Shown: positions 22,204-35,924 of the stretch, one piece after another
Layout: each line of letters begins with the position of its first letter
Numbering within the stretch: the first letter of the stretch is position 1
Assembly (NCBI GenBank): GCA_964270895.1
Contig: OZ185442.1
DNA from: Podarcis filfolensis
Lineage: Eukaryota
Direction: 5' to 3' (one strand)
DNA length: 64,000 nucleotides
Position numbers and translations under genes: made by a program
Notes under the pieces: model-generated
What the model saw: the letters and a program-made list of their open reading frames with translations, nothing else
Databases searched by the model: none
What the model was told of the DNA's origin: nothing

Positions 22204-23589
22204 CCAGAAACACTGCATTTATACCAGCAAATTCGTTTGATTGAAATTTTGATATTGCACCAGCATGGGAATTACAAGGTGAATTTATTATTATTATTAT
22301 TTTGGGTTCTGCTAAAGGAACACCCATACATTATTGTGAAAATGAGGAGAATAATTGGATGAAAACCTGGTGCAAATCCATATATAGATTTTCCAGAAGG
22401 TAGCTGTTCTAGTCCATTGCAGGAAAAACAACAGAGCCCTGTGGCACTTTAAATACTAACAGATGTATTTATTATGGCATAAGCTCTCGCAGATTGAAGG
22501 CCACTTCATCAGATGTATTTGTAAATGTATTTCTAAGGAACAAGGCAAGGCTATGGGAACTTCCTGCTCTTCCTGGGGGACCAACTGATTTAAGGTATTC
22601 CCCATACAATGGGAAACACTCGCTGTAAAGGAGCAGGACTTTAAGCCACTTTGTGATGGGATTTTGGCTGTAAAATTCAAGGTTGTGAAACAGTTGCTTT
22701 TGTTTTAAAGGCTACCCTGCATAGGAGGGTCAAAAATTCACTGGAAGCTATTCATAGGACGTTTAAAGATTCAAGTGGGGTTTTGCTCAGGAAGTTTTGC
22801 ACAAGAAGCTCATCCCAGGAATCTGCCAGTGAAGGGGAAATAGAAACACAACCAAGACTATCTTGATTGGTAGGTACATAGGACCACAGCCAAGTCAGAC
22901 CCCTATTCCCTCTAGTTCCCTGTTGTCTACACCAAGTCACACTGCTTCTTCAGGGTTTCAGGGTATCTGGAGACGCCTGGGATTGAACTACGCCTTCAGC
23001 ATCCAACGTAGATGTTCTACCACTGAGCTATGGCCCTCCGTAGGTTAGGAGGGGTAGTGAAAAATACTGCATGTAAGTCGAGCTGAGGAATGGGGTAGCT
23101 GGAAGTTTGTGGAGTCAGAAACTTGCATAAATGGAGTCGACGAGCTGCGAGAGAGGAAGGGTTGAACTACTTTAAGAGAACTGGAACTCTGGAAAGTGTT
23201 GGGGAACACGGTTGGGCACTGCGGCAGGAAGGAGGCTAGAGAGGAACACAGAAGACCCAAAAATGGTTGGGAATCACAGGTGGGGAGAATCTTGCTTTCA
23301 GTTTGCTCATAAGCATCTGGTTGGGTTACAGTGAGAACTGGATGCAAGGATACATGGGCCATTGTCTTGATCCAGCAGGAATGTTATGATGTTCACAAAA
23401 CTGAGAGATGCAAATCGTTAAGTTTTGGCTTGATTAGGGAAACAGTCTGTAATATATTTAGCTGGATGTATCCATCTCTGTTCTCTCTCCGTCTCCGATC
23501 CCCCCAGCTTAGAAGCAACTACTCAAACTGTAAAACTGGCATTCCTTCTCAGTTCAATTCATTGCCTTACTAAAAATTTAAGTAAAAGC

Positions 23590-23958
23590 ATAGGTGGTGC
23601 TGTGGTCTAAACCACGGAGCCTCTTGGGCTTGCCGATCAGAAGGTTGGCGGTTCGAATCCCCGCGACAGGGTGAGCTCCCGTTGCTCAGTCCCAGCTCCT
23701 GCCAACCTAGCAGTTCGAAAGTGCAAGTAGATAAATAGGTACCACTCCGGCTGGTAGGTAAACGGCGTTTCTGTGTGCTGCTCTGGTTTCGGTGTTCCGT
23801 TGCGCCAGAAGCAGCTTAGTCATGCTGGCCACATGACCCGCAAAAACTGTCTGCGGACAAACATTGGCTCCCTCGGCCTGTAAAGCGAGATGAGCGCCGC
23901 AACCCCAGAGTCATCTGCGACTGGACTTAACTGTCAGGGGTCCTTTACCTTTACCTTT
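23590..23958 (+). mobile_element. Sauria SINE
   Basis: B box ggttcgaatccc, family core and (accttt)n tail. Confidence 0.9.
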
Positions 23959-25120
23959 AAAAGCAGTGTTAGGGTTTTTTAGGGGGGGGGCTGGGTATGA
24001 GGCCTTGTTATTCACTCCCATGCCTAAGTGCCATACCACTCTATCCAACATAGGGTATAGGTTGGGCTGCCCAAAGTCCCGAAGGTTAAATGGTTGCTTA
24101 GTGGGGGAAACCAGTAAAAAAAATAAAGATATCCACTTGGTGGCAGCAGTGAAGTTAACAAGCGTAACTTGGTTTTGCTGGTTTGCTTACAAGCTTTCCC
24201 TCTTCACAGTGCAGGCGACAGCAACAGGCGGCTAAGATTTTCTGCAGTGCCTCTGATGTAGCACAGCTCAGTGGCATTGGGTGTCATTAAATATGGCAGC
24301 TAGTAGCCCCCGGCTGCCCAGCATGGCAGCCTGGGGCAGGGGTTGGTACTGGTGGACCCTGCAAGAAAACTGGGGACCCGGCATCTGCCTGAGGGTGCCG
24401 GGTGCAAATGATGCGCCTGCATAGTCTATTTGCTGGGCAAGATGCAGTCATTGATGCCTGGCCACTTGCTGATGGTGGAAAAGTGGTTAAAAGCCTGTCT
24501 CCCAAGAGCAGAGCTGCCATTCCAGCAGAAGCTGTGTGCCTTTGACAGCTCTGCGACTCTCCTCCCTCTGCCCTATCTGTGCTGTCAAAACGTTTGATTG
24601 CAAACTCCTGGGGGGCAGAGAGCTGTCCTTTTGCTTACGTTGCAAAATGCCACGTAGATGGATGGCACTGTGTAAAATAGGAGTGGCACAGTTGTTTCTG
24701 AAGAAAGAAACAGGCTTCCGTGGGTCCTTTTATATATTAAATTTAAAAAAATGTGTGCATTGGAAAATGCGAGCGCACCATCACCTCTAAAGTGAGATTG
24801 CGAAAACACAAGCAATTTATCTAGAAGTGCTAAGCAGTCCTTTGATCCAAGTATTCTGATTTCACAGGTTCACAGACTGGGGAGCAAATTTCTCGCCCTG
24901 ACTTCCTAAGCCTAATGATGTCTCTGAGGCTTACCCAGCTCATCATTTCAAAGGTCCAGGTTGGCTACAAAGGTCACACGTCTCACCTTACCTGGGCTAA
25001 AGAGCTAAAGCAAACATGATTGGATTCTTTTGTTTTCTGCAGGTGGCAATCTGCCTGTTGCTGGTTCCTCCTGGCCTCCCTTTCTTCATGCTCACGAGGA
25101 AGTTATACAAATCTATAACA

Positions 25121-25481
25121 GGGGCGCGGGTGGCGCTGTGGGTTAAACCACAGAGCCTAGGACTTGCTGATCAGAAGGTCAGCGGTTCGAATTGCCGTGA
25201 CGGGGTGAGCTCCCGTTGCTCGGTCCCTGCTCCTGCCAACCTAGCAGTTCAAAAGCACGTCAAAGTGCAAGTAGATAAATAGGTACCACTCCGGCAGGAA
25301 GGTAAACGGCGTTTCCGTGCGCTGCTCTGGTTCGCCAGAAGCGGCTTAGTCATGCTGGCCACAGGACCCAGAAGCTGTACGCCGGCTCCCTCGGCCAATA
25401 AAGCAAGATGAGCGCCGCAACCGCAGAGTCGGTCACGACTGGACCTAATGGTCAGGGATCCCTTTACCTTTACCTTTACCT
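25121..25481 (+). mobile_element. Full-length Sauria SINE with target-site duplication
   Basis: Complete head to (accttt)n tail; tataaca(ggg) at 25114 and at 25482. Confidence 0.92.
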
Positions 25482-26393
25482 TATAACAGGGATGGAGAAC
25501 CTACAGCCCTTTTGCTGGACTTTAGTTCCCATCGGCACTCTCTGGCATGCCCAATGAACAGAGGCGATGGGAGCTGTAGTGCAGCAACATTCGGACGGTC
25601 AGAGGTTCCCCTGAACTACAGAGGAATATAGGGCCTGTTGCCCAATGGCAGACCATGATCTTTGTCTGCAGAACGTTCAGCCACCACTATCTCCAGGCGG
25701 CAGGCCTGGGAACAGTCTCTGAGACCACGGAGATCTGCTGCCAGTCAATACTAAGCTGGTTCAATCGGGTCTAAGGCAGGGAAACCTTTGGCCCGCGAGG
25801 TGTTGCTGAACTACAACTCCCATCATCCCTGGCCAGTGGCCATGCTTGCTGGGGCTGATGGGAGTTGAAGTTCAGCAGCATCGGGGAGGGAGCAAAGGTT
25901 CTCTGCAAATGGCTTAAGGCGTTTTATGTATTCCTCACTATAGTTTGGTTCACTGAGCGCAATGTGGTGCGAGAGAGGGGATTTCAGCCTGGCTCTATGC
26001 CACAGCCTTGCCCATGAGTCTTCTTTCTCTTGTCCAGGTGTGAAGTCCCACTGCTTTTGGCAACCCAGCTGCAGGTTAGTCACCTCTTATCATACTTTTC
26101 AGGCCATGAGTGCAATCGCACCTTGTAGCCAAATTGGCACCCACCCACCAGAGGGAGATACTCAGCAGACATGGGATGCTGATTGGCTTTGGGGAGGAAA
26201 TAGACCCCTACGGCTGGAAGGAAGTGAAAGTGGAGCTCCCTGCTGCAACATTTTCCTTGTAGTTCCCATTTGTAAATCTGAATGTGCACTCTGTTTTAAA
26301 AAAGGAGTTCTCCTGTGCTTTCTGTCTTGCAATACCAACATTCACTCACATGAACACCACTGAATCTCCAAGTCTCTCATGGTATATTGTGCA

Positions 26394-26440
<47 letters not shown>
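26394..26440 (+). repeat. (AAT)~15 microsatellite
   Basis: Direct count. Confidence 0.95.
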
Positions 26441-27896
26441 GCCCTATGAGGGATTTCCCTGTACATTTTTGGCTTACCTATGCTGTGTTGTGTTTCTTTC
26501 TTTTAAGTACGGTCAAGTTTTCACAAAGGGAAATCTGTGCTTGTTTCTCCCTTTTGCAGTTTGTGTTTGTGTGTGAGGGGGTGGGCACATTTATGAGATC
26601 AGGCAAACATGGGAAATTATAGCAATGCCTCATCTTGTGATGAGATTTTGCTGTAAACAAACAAACAAAACCGATGGTGTAAAGTTAAACTTGCCCCAAG
26701 TGAGCTCCTAGGCATGTGCTCAGCAATGAGAATATTCCAGAAGAAGATTATGGATGCAGGGAGTCACCAAGGGGCTACTTCCTGCGTTATATATTCCTTA
26801 CCACCAGACGCATTAAACAAAACCAAAACACATTTTGGCCTCCTGTGAGAGATGCAAACAAACAGTTCAGCAATTACTATCCACGGCCACGATTCACAAA
26901 CCAAGACTAATGCTTTGCACTTAACACTGCTGACTTCAGAGTAGCTGAGCTTGCATAAATCTTTCCATTTGTAGATTATGGGGCTCCGATAACAGCTGCC
27001 AGGTTGCCTGATACATAAATCAACTGCCTGCCGCCTGCATGGGCAGCAAGGATGGGGAACCTGTCATCCTACAGATGTTTCTGGACTACAACTCCCATCA
27101 TCCCTGGTCACCGTCCTTGCTGGCTGGGACTGATGAGAGCTGGAGTCCAACAACGTCTGAAAGGCCACAGGTTCATCGCACCTAATGTAAAGAAAGGACA
27201 TAGAGTTATAGGCTAGGCATGTCATTTGCTCAGACCAGAGCAGTCAATGCCTCTTGGAGAAATGAATAGGGTTGCCATATTTTTAATGGCAGAGCTCCTA
27301 TGCATTTAATGAGATTTGGCATGGAAGGCCACCCTGCCTTGCATGTTGCCCCCAGTTAAAGATTTCTTGTAGCAGGGCTGGAGAAGACCCCGATCACCTC
27401 TGTGTTGCCAGTGTTTTGTAGGAGGGATTCCTTCGCATGCCACACATTTAAGATTGCACAATTAAAGTGGATTAAAACACTTTGGCACAGCAAATTCACT
27501 TTTTAAAAAAAATAAGAATTGTTCTTTTGCAGTTAGTCAAGTGATCAGACAATGCACTAAAAATGTGTGGGATAAATGATTGATGAGTGGGAAGATGTAG
27601 TCTCCATACAAGCAAATCTGGAGGAATACTCAATAATATAGGCCATCTGGAGAAGAGATTGAGTAGAGTTTGCAACTGGGTTAGGTGGACTGATGCCCTG
27701 GCTGAATAAAGGCGCTTCCAGGCAGGCAGGCAGGCAGGCATCCAACAAGTGAAGCTGGACCTGTCCTGTTTCTGCCTGTGTCATGCAACTGTTAACGTGA
27801 CTGAAAATAAAACATGACAACTCCCAGAAATGAGAGCAAAATGCTTGCCCAAATCCATTCAGGACTGGGACCTGCATTGATTCGGCAGTGGGTTTA

Positions 27897-28145
27897 CCGT
27901 ATTTTTCGCTCTATAAGATGCACCCAACCATAAGACGCACCTAGTTTTTAGAGAAGGAAAACAAGAATATATATATATATTCTGAATCAAATGTTGTTGA
28001 AGAGGCTTTGCGCAGCTATCCCTGAAGCCAGAAGTTCTGGCTCCAGCGATAGCTGCGGAGCCTGCATTCGCTCCATAAGACACACACACATTTTCCCTTA
28101 CTTTTTAGGAGGGAAAAAGTGCATCTTATAGAGTGAAAAACACGG
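27897..28145. mobile_element. Tc1/mariner-superfamily (Tc2/pogo-like) MITE
   Basis: TIRs ccgtatttttcgctctataagatgcac / gtgcatcttatagagtgaaaaacacgg with TA on both sides. Confidence 0.8.
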
Positions 28146-28304
28146 TATTTCCTAGGGAACAACAGTCCAACCACCTACAGCACCTTTCATCAACCTGGTG
28201 CCCTCCTGATGTTTTGAGCAAAACCCCTCAACTCCATCCAGCTCAAAGAAGGCTGCCTGTCCTACAGTAACAGCCCAATCCCTGCATGATCAGAAGCCTT
28301 TAGA

Positions 28305-28430
28305 AGAACATGAGAAGAACCTGTTGGATCAGGCCATTGGCCCATCTAGTCCACAACGTGCTCTCACAGTGGCCAACCTATGGGAAACAGGTAAGAAGGA
28401 CAAGAGTGCAAGAGCACTTTCTCCCCTTTA
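28305..28430 (-). mobile_element. CR1-like 3' fragment (aagaacat...gcctgctggatcaggcc family). Other copies ~13390-13680, 37352-37570, 48985-49200, 51655-51910, 55030-55260, 55975-56120
   Basis: Recurrent ggatcaggcc...ggcccatctagtcc...ctgttctcacagtggccaac block. Confidence 0.6.
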
Positions 28431-31400
28431 TAGTGACAGAACAGAGGATTGCCTTGCTTTGCCTGACCCTGTACTGCCAACCCACTTCATTCATCCCTGG
28501 CCTCTCTCCATCGTTGTCTTGTCCATCTCAGGCAGACTGTGGGCCCTCGGGGTCAAAGAATGCACCATTCCTATGCTCTGCATATTCCACCTGTGCCACA
28601 CTGTTAAATATCCATAACTGCTGATGTAGATGGATGGATGAATGAATGAATGAATGAATGGGTGAAGGTGCTGAGAAGATGGAACTGAAGTGGGAATGTT
28701 GCAGCAGAGGATGGAGAGGATGATGAGGATGATGGGTAGTTCTGCTACAAAGACAACCCAAATGGAGGGAATGTGGAAGGACCTGAGGCAGATTGGAGTT
28801 CCATGAAGTACAGGGCAGGAGAGGAAATGTAGGGCTCAGCTGGGAAGTAAGAATGGGTAAATCTGTTCATTTCTGTTTCTGTTTCTTTCCTTTCTTTTTT
28901 TTCAGTTCAGAATGTTCAGTTTTCCTCATTTCCACAACAGTTTGCATATATAGTCCTTATGAAAATTAACCAGCATTTCAGTGCGTGTTCCTCTTAGTGT
29001 AAACATTTCTGTATGCAAACTTGCCTGATTTACACACGTTTTGCAAAGCAGTTTCCACAGATATAATGCATTTTTTAACATAATTTTCACAAACATGCAT
29101 ATTTTTAATGCACACATTACAACAATATGCACAGTTTGGTTGTTTTTTTTTTTTTTTTTGCAGCTGACTTGGCTGGAGAACTGCATTGCAAAATCTGGAG
29201 ACGTGCCCTTTTCGAAGGATGGTTGTTGTTTTTTGTTCATGTATGGTTCTGAAAGGTGAGGGTGGGTACATTCACCTTTAAATGAGAACTGGATCACATT
29301 TCTCCCCCACCCCTACTGAGAAAGTTTCCTGTATAGATTGAAATGAATGGGAGCTGCAGAACTGTTCAGCAAGAGAGGCATCCCTTGACCAAATTCCAAC
29401 TTCTTCCAGGGGAAGACAGCCAGCTGCAGAGCATATCAGAAGCCTAGCTGCCCCCTTCATTACCCTACTGCTCTTGACCTCCGTCTGCAGCAGTGCTTAA
29501 TTTATCAAAAATGGAAGGGTTCAAATCTGCCTGGATGCCCTCTCCTTAACCCTGGGCACAAGGGAGAACAGATGTGATGACTCAGTCCTGAAGACAGAAT
29601 ACAGACAGAAGACAACAAAGGTGAGTGAAATCTGGACTGTGTACAGACAGTTGTTTCTCTGGCCGTATGGGAGAACTTTCCCTCTTATCTCTATGTAAGT
29701 ACACACAGATAATGGAAGCAGAAGGGGATTTACTGCCCGGGGTAGAAGGTCTGCTCATTCCATTCCCTTGCTTTTTAATTAAGGGCCCTTCCCATGCAGT
29801 ACATGTTTACTCGGAAGAAAGCTTCATGAAGCCCAGTGGGACTTACTCCCCAGTAAGCATGCTTAAAATAGCAGCCTTAATCTCATAGCAGGTAATAAGA
29901 GTGCTGAAACTGACAAGACCAAATAAGTATTTCCTGGTCCAGTCAATTTCATTCCTAAGGGGAAACTGTCCATGTTTCCTGCTTGCATGGAGATGCACCT
30001 GTTCTCTCATGTACAGAAGTGCATCAACCATAATTTAACAGGGGCACTACACTGCCCGGGACTGTCTCACCAAAACACACATACAACTCATACAATCCTG
30101 GGTGCCCTGGCTGGAGCTCCTTTTGGCTTTCCTCTGCTACTGTTTAAGCACTGTGGAACTTTCAAGGAACATTTTGGCTGGAGACCACAGCAGGCCACAA
30201 AGATCAAACAAAACCCCATGCATTGAAGGTGAGAAAGCTCCACGAGATCACCTCCAGCTCTCTGAGAAGTTATCATTTCTACTCAGCCATTCTGCAAGCC
30301 CAGCAAGGGCAAATAAGGCTTCAAGAGAGACTCCTGCTTCAACCAGGGTTTTTAATGTGAATGGAAACCCTGTCCTGGCTCGGCCAGCATGCTCACCTAC
30401 ATTACAGATGCCTCTCTCTCACTCCCCACTTCGGCATGTACAGCAATCAGATGTTAACACAAGCAAGCACAAGCGAGTCTCTACAGTGATCCAAGCACCA
30501 TATGCAATACCAGAGCGCCAGGCTTCCTCCTTTCAGTTGGAGGCACAATTTGAGCATCACCAATCCCCCCAATATCTGCTACTGTAGGGCTGGGGAACCC
30601 ATAGTTCTTAAGACTGCAACTCCCATCATCCCTGATCATCAACCATGCTGGCTGAGGCTGATGGGAGCTGGAGTCCAAGAACACCTGGAGGGCCACAGGT
30701 TTCCCATCCCTGTCCTGACATGGGCTCTCCCACCTCTGCTGAGCGTCAGGAGCACCTCCAGCTACAGCAATAACCTTGAGAGTGTAGGAGGGACAAGGAA
30801 ATCCTATTCAGGAGATGCCTCTGACACGATACCAATCTAACAAGGTGAGAACTAGAGCGCCTTCCTTCTGGAGATGAAGAAAAGATCCCACCACTCTGCC
30901 TTTGTTGGGTGGTGGTGATGCATCATGTGTGTGCACGCTCTGGATTCTCAATTATAACCAGGGCTCTGTGTACTGTCTGCCAAATGAAAAATTCTGCAGC
31001 AAAATAATGTAAATTCTGCACCAAGAAAAGCCCAGTGCTGCAATCTGCATAAACTATGCAAATGAACTCAATATATATTTTTTGAGTTTTGTTTAATTCA
31101 TCCTACTATTTTTAACCCCCCCCCATTTTTACATAATCATTCTTCTGCTACTCAAGGAGAGGGACAAGGAGCTAAGACCACTTGGGATCTTGTTCAGCCA
31201 CCTCTTTGGCTTCAGAGATTCAGCAGGCATAGCACAAAAAAGTTTTGCAAGCATACAGCCATAACTATAACAGCTAGGAACTTGCTCTCCCCCTCGCCCA
31301 AAAGAAAGAAAGCTGGGATTCCCAGAAAACTGAAATCAACCCCTACCACATTCTGAGTTTTCTGTACTGCTGCAGAATCTTGGCATGTACACAGCTGCAT

Positions 31401-32467
31401 AGGACTGTAGATACTCCATGTTTAAAAAGAAACTAATATTATTCTGCTAACCTACATTCTGTGTCAAGAAATGCTGAGGTCTAGCAACTTGTGTAGGACA
31501 GTGGAAACTGAACACATTTGCATGCATTTGCACGATATATCTTACAAACAAGCAGTTTCATTTAAGTGGATTGAGAGGCAACATGACCATTGCTGACTGT
31601 AAATGCATTATTATTATTATCAACCTAGTCAAAGCACATCTTATAAGTTTTGAGGGTTGGATTACATAGACGTTATAGGAGATCTGCGGCTGCAGTCATA
31701 AACAGCAACCCTTCATCTCCTCTTCCTCCTTCCGTAGTGGCATTAGCAGCTACAAACAAAACAGGGAGACACACTGATAACTGGAAAGATGCCAGAAGCA
31801 AGGCCAATAAGGTGCAGATGTAATCGGACCAGTGATCCCCAGCATTTCTGTTGACTTCCTCCTGACACATTTGGAAACACAACCCCTTTATGGGCATGTG
31901 GCATGCTAGAAGGAGATGCAATTTTGTGTCGACTAAATGCCAGCTGCAATGGGTTGGGCTTTCCTTATAAACTTGCCACTTAGCCTCACATGTGGCATTT
32001 CTTCAGTTCTCAGCATCTCCCACAACATTTAGTTTGATGCCCAAACCATGCAAAAACCTGCACACCTCACAAGCAGAAACTTCTCTTTCAAGAAACCTCC
32101 AATTGTACTGGGGATGGGGGATATATCTGCAGGGAAGGATCACCCACATAGCCTCGCAAATAAGTCTACAAAAACTACTAGCCTGCAGGAGGGATTTGCT
32201 AACCGGCTCAGGGGCCAGTTTCTTGTGTTTCTGTGTTGGCCACTGAAGTGGAGAATCTCCTCCATGGCCAGCATGAAAACAAGAGGTATTATTAGCCTCA
32301 TAGCAGCGGTTCCATCAAGACAGGACTTCAGGGCAAGTGTTTAAGGCCCCACTTGGCAGAATGAGCGGGAGGGAGTCCCAGTCACAGCAGGGCCAGCAGA
32401 TTGCAATGTAAAGCAAGTGAAGCGATAGACACTGCTACCTAAAGAGAGGACCTCAAAGTCCAAAGTA

Positions 32468-32689
32468 CAGTCGTACCTTGGAAGTTGAACAGAATCGGTT
32501 CTGGAAGTCCATTCAACTTCCAAAACGTTCAAAAACCAAAGCATGGCTTCTCATGGGCTGCAGGAAGCTTCTGCAGCCGATCAGAAGCCGCGGAAGCCCC
32601 GTCGGACATTGAGCTTTCCAAAATAGTTTGCAAACCAGAACGTTCGGGAGCCAAAACGTTTGGGAACTTCGTCTTCCAAGGTTCGACTG
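32468..32689. mobile_element. Tigger-like MITE
   Basis: TIRs cagtcgtaccttggaag / cttccaaggttcgactg with TA target duplication. Confidence 0.8.
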
Positions 32690-32879
32690 TACCTATCTGC
32701 ATCACTGCCTTTACTGAGACTTTTAATAAACAGGCTGCGGAAAGATTTATAATCTCCACTCTACCAGGCTGCTTGCATTTCTGGATCTATGATTAGCTAT
32801 GCCTCATCACATCCACAAAGATACCCGCTGGTATTTCCCACACATTCTCGAGCTTATCTTTACAAAAGGACTAGAAACT

Positions 32880-32892
32880 TTTATTTTTTATT
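32880..32892 (-). terminator. Tandem AATAAA, candidate IGLON5 poly(A) signal (3' UTR ~1.6 kb)
   Basis: Two minus-strand AATAAA (32892-32887, 32885-32880), the first I found after the stop, with a GT-rich tgtgtggg downstream. Confidence 0.55.
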
Positions 32893-34464
32893 TTTTATGA
32901 CATATCCGAATGCTGAATTCTATCCCAAACATTGGACTTTTTTTGTGTGTGTGTGTGTGGTGCATGTGCAGAAGTGCTGAATACACAAAACCCTGATTAT
33001 AATTCCGTCTGAAAGGGAGCCTTTGAAGTCAGGGCTGGGGGGTCCCGAGATACAATCAGCAATAATGACTCGAGAACTAGGAAGAGCAAAGAAGAAAAGA
33101 GGAAGGGAAATAGAATAAAGACATAAATAAGGAAGAATTCAAGTGCCACGGTGCTTTTGTTCAACAAAGATACAGAGGAGAGATACTGGTGTGGGTTTGT
33201 GCATATGTGTATGTGTGTGTAAAGGTAGAGGGGGGGATGGGAGTCCTTAGCTCAAGGAAATTGCCGAGAAAAGATTTTGTGAAAAGTACAGAAAAAGAAC
33301 ACCATTGATTTTAGAGAGCTGGCAGATGTTCCAAGCAATGATTTTTCCAGCGGAAATATACACCCCACCCCCAATGAATGAAAAAACAAAACAAAAACCC
33401 AACCCAATCACTGTCAAAAGCAGGAAAATTCCTGGGCCAAACAAAGAATTAAACCAGCCATTCCCTCTTCCTGGTTTCTCTCTTTAGGCCGCATAATGTT
33501 ACCTGGCAATCAACATTGTCAGGAGAAGGTCATTCTTACCCCTGCTTTTCAAAGGGTGGAAATTCCATGCCTCAAAAAACTTAGCAGACTTGGCTCTATG
33601 ACCTTTAACAGTTCTTCCAAAGATTCTGGCATGCCGTCATGTCTAAGGGCTGCGGGTTCGGTTCTCGGTGCTGGTCCTCAGACAGCGTTGGCGGAGTGCA
33701 TTTATATGATGTCAGCCTCTCTCGCGATGCCCCAAAGGAGACCTCCTTCCTGCCTAGGCTGAGCTCAGCAGCCTTCCAAATATTGCTGATAGTTTTCCTG
33801 GCCCTAGGCTGCAAAGAATAATAACAAATGGCCTGCAAATCTGTCTGAATGAATCTGGAAGGGGGCAGAAGGAATTCCACCGCCTATGGAGGTTCTCAGC
33901 CCAGCTTGTAAATCATAATAATTAAAAGGGAAGCTCCTAAATGTTGTCAGCTGCTGAAATCCTTGCTCCCAAACAACAGCGAAAGAAGGAACCAAAAGGG
34001 AAAAAAGGAGATTAAAATAACAGAAAGAACAAAACCCTTTGTGAAATCGGTATTCCGGGGTCTGTGCATTCGAAGGACGAAAGGTCCCGTCAGCCCAAGA
34101 AGGAAAATGTTGCTGTTCCATTTAAGTCGCAGAGGTGAGGGGTGGGGTGAGCAATGTCTGCAGTCAACCCTATAGAGCCCTGTGTCTTTTCGGTTGTGTT
34201 AAATAACAAGTTCAACTGGGAGTGTCTGAGATGGAGTGTGAAGATAAATGGCTGTAGAAACAAATGCATATTTTTTTCCGTTTCGTTTTGTTTTCTTCTA
34301 TCCCTCACAGTGATGGGGTTCTTGATAAATTTCATTTCTCTCTCTCTCTTCATCTTTTCCAGAAAGTAGAGATGCCTCCCCCTCTCTCTCTTTCTCTCCC
34401 TCTCTTGGATTCATTCCCTTTCACCTGTTTCCTTCCGTGGTTCTGCTTCACTTCCCCAGCCGCC

Positions 34465-34565
34465 CTAAACCTTAAACAGCAGAGTCACAAAGGCGGATGA
34501 CAGCAGGCCCAGGAAGAGGGGAGATTCCATGCTGGAGGCTGCCATGTTGTCCAGAGAACCTGGTC
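34465..34565 (-). CDS. IGLON5: IGLON5 exon 8, GPI-anchor signal: (R)PGSLDNMAASSMESPLFLGLLSSAFVTLLFKV*
   Basis: ttctcttcctcttag| acceptor, phase 1, RPGSL start as in mammalian IGLON5, hydrophobic tail, TAG at 34467-34465. Confidence 0.92.
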
Positions 34566-34741
34566 CTAAGAGGAAGAGAAGAAGGGTTTGTTTTAACCGG
34601 AGTGTTAGAAATAAAATTGGCCCTCTCTACTAGGATTAGGCAAATGTGTCAATTTTGAGTTCCCTCAGTGTCTCAGTTTTTCCAGTCTTTGAAGTTCCGT
34701 TCTCCACAATTGTACATCACTTTCCAAATATATATATTTTT

Positions 34742-35258
34742 GGCTACCTTTGAAGGTGACTCAGAAACTACAACTAATCCAGAATGCGGCAGCTAGACTG
34801 ATGACCAGGAGCAGCCACCGGGATCATATAACTCTGGTCCTAAAGGCTCTACATTGGCTCCCAGTACTTTTCTGAGCACAATTCAAGTGTTGGTGCTGAC
34901 CTTTAAAGCCCTAAACAGCTTTGGCCCTGTTTACCTGAAGGAGCATCTCCACCCCCACTGTTTGGTACAGCTCTGAGGGCCTTCTGGTAGTTCCCTCACT
35001 GCAAAGCTAAGTGATGCTACAGTGAAGCAGGTAGAGGGCCTTCTCAGTAGTGGCTTCCTCCCTGTGAAATGCCCTCCCATCACATGTCAAGGAAATAGAC
35101 AACTATTTGACTTTTAGAAGCCATCTGAAGGGGAAGCTTTTAATGTTTGATGTTTTATTGTGCTTTTATATTTGTTGGAAGTCACCCAAGGTGCTTGGGG
35201 CAACCCAGTCAGATGAGCGGGTACAAATAATAAAATATTATTATTATTATTATTATTT
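34742..35258 (+). mobile_element. L2 LINE 3' fragment in IGLON5 intron 7, inserted into an AT-rich hAT-like element
   Basis: Encodes a degenerate LKVTQKLQLIQNAAARL... block, as at 58568-58972; (tat)n tail. Confidence 0.85.
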
Positions 35259-35772
35259 AAAATTCACCACCATTATAGTGTGCATTTCTCCCTTACATCT
35301 TTCTCCTAATAAACACATTTTTTTTTTTGCAATTTTGTCTGATTACCGTAACATGTTTACAAAGCAATTTCCCCTAATATTATGCCTTTTCTGTATACTA
35401 TTGTCATTAACCAATGCATGTCTTTTTAATGCACACATTACTAGTGCGTGCAGTTTTGTACACCTTACTTGCTTGGAGAGCTGCGTTGCAAAATTCAGAG
35501 ATGGGTGTATTTTGTAAGAGGGCTGAACATTGTTCTGGGAAGTTCTAGTTTTCACCTTCCAATGCAAAGTGGATCAAATTTCTCTCACACCCACACTACT
35601 TCTCATACGCCCAGCCAGTCCAGTGGCTCTAGGAGCCAAACTGAGGGTGCAAGCGGTGGCAGGCAAACCTGCCATTGGGAAGAGAAGGGCCCTTCATAGT
35701 GGGCCCAGTCAAGACACAACCTCCATCAGGGATGGGGGAGGTGGTAGCGGGAAGAGGAGAAGAGAGACTCAC

Positions 35773-35924
35773 TGATAAGCCGTAAGCTGACATTGAAGGA
35801 GCCTAAGTTGTTGGAAGCCAGGCAGGTGTAGTTCCCATAATGACGAGCGGTGACGTTGCTGAAGAGCAGCATGGAACGAGTGCGCTCGTTCTGGATCTGC
35901 AGTCCATCCACGCCGCCAATTACT
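35773..35924 (-). CDS. IGLON5: IGLON5 exon 7, second half of Ig3: (Q)VIGGVDGLQIQNERTRSMLLFSNVTARHYGNYTCLASNNLGSFNVSLRLI; alternative acceptor at 35927
   Basis: ERTRSMLLF and ARHYGNYTC are IGLON5-typical. Acceptor tagcag, donor A|gtgagt, phases 2-1. Confidence 0.95.
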
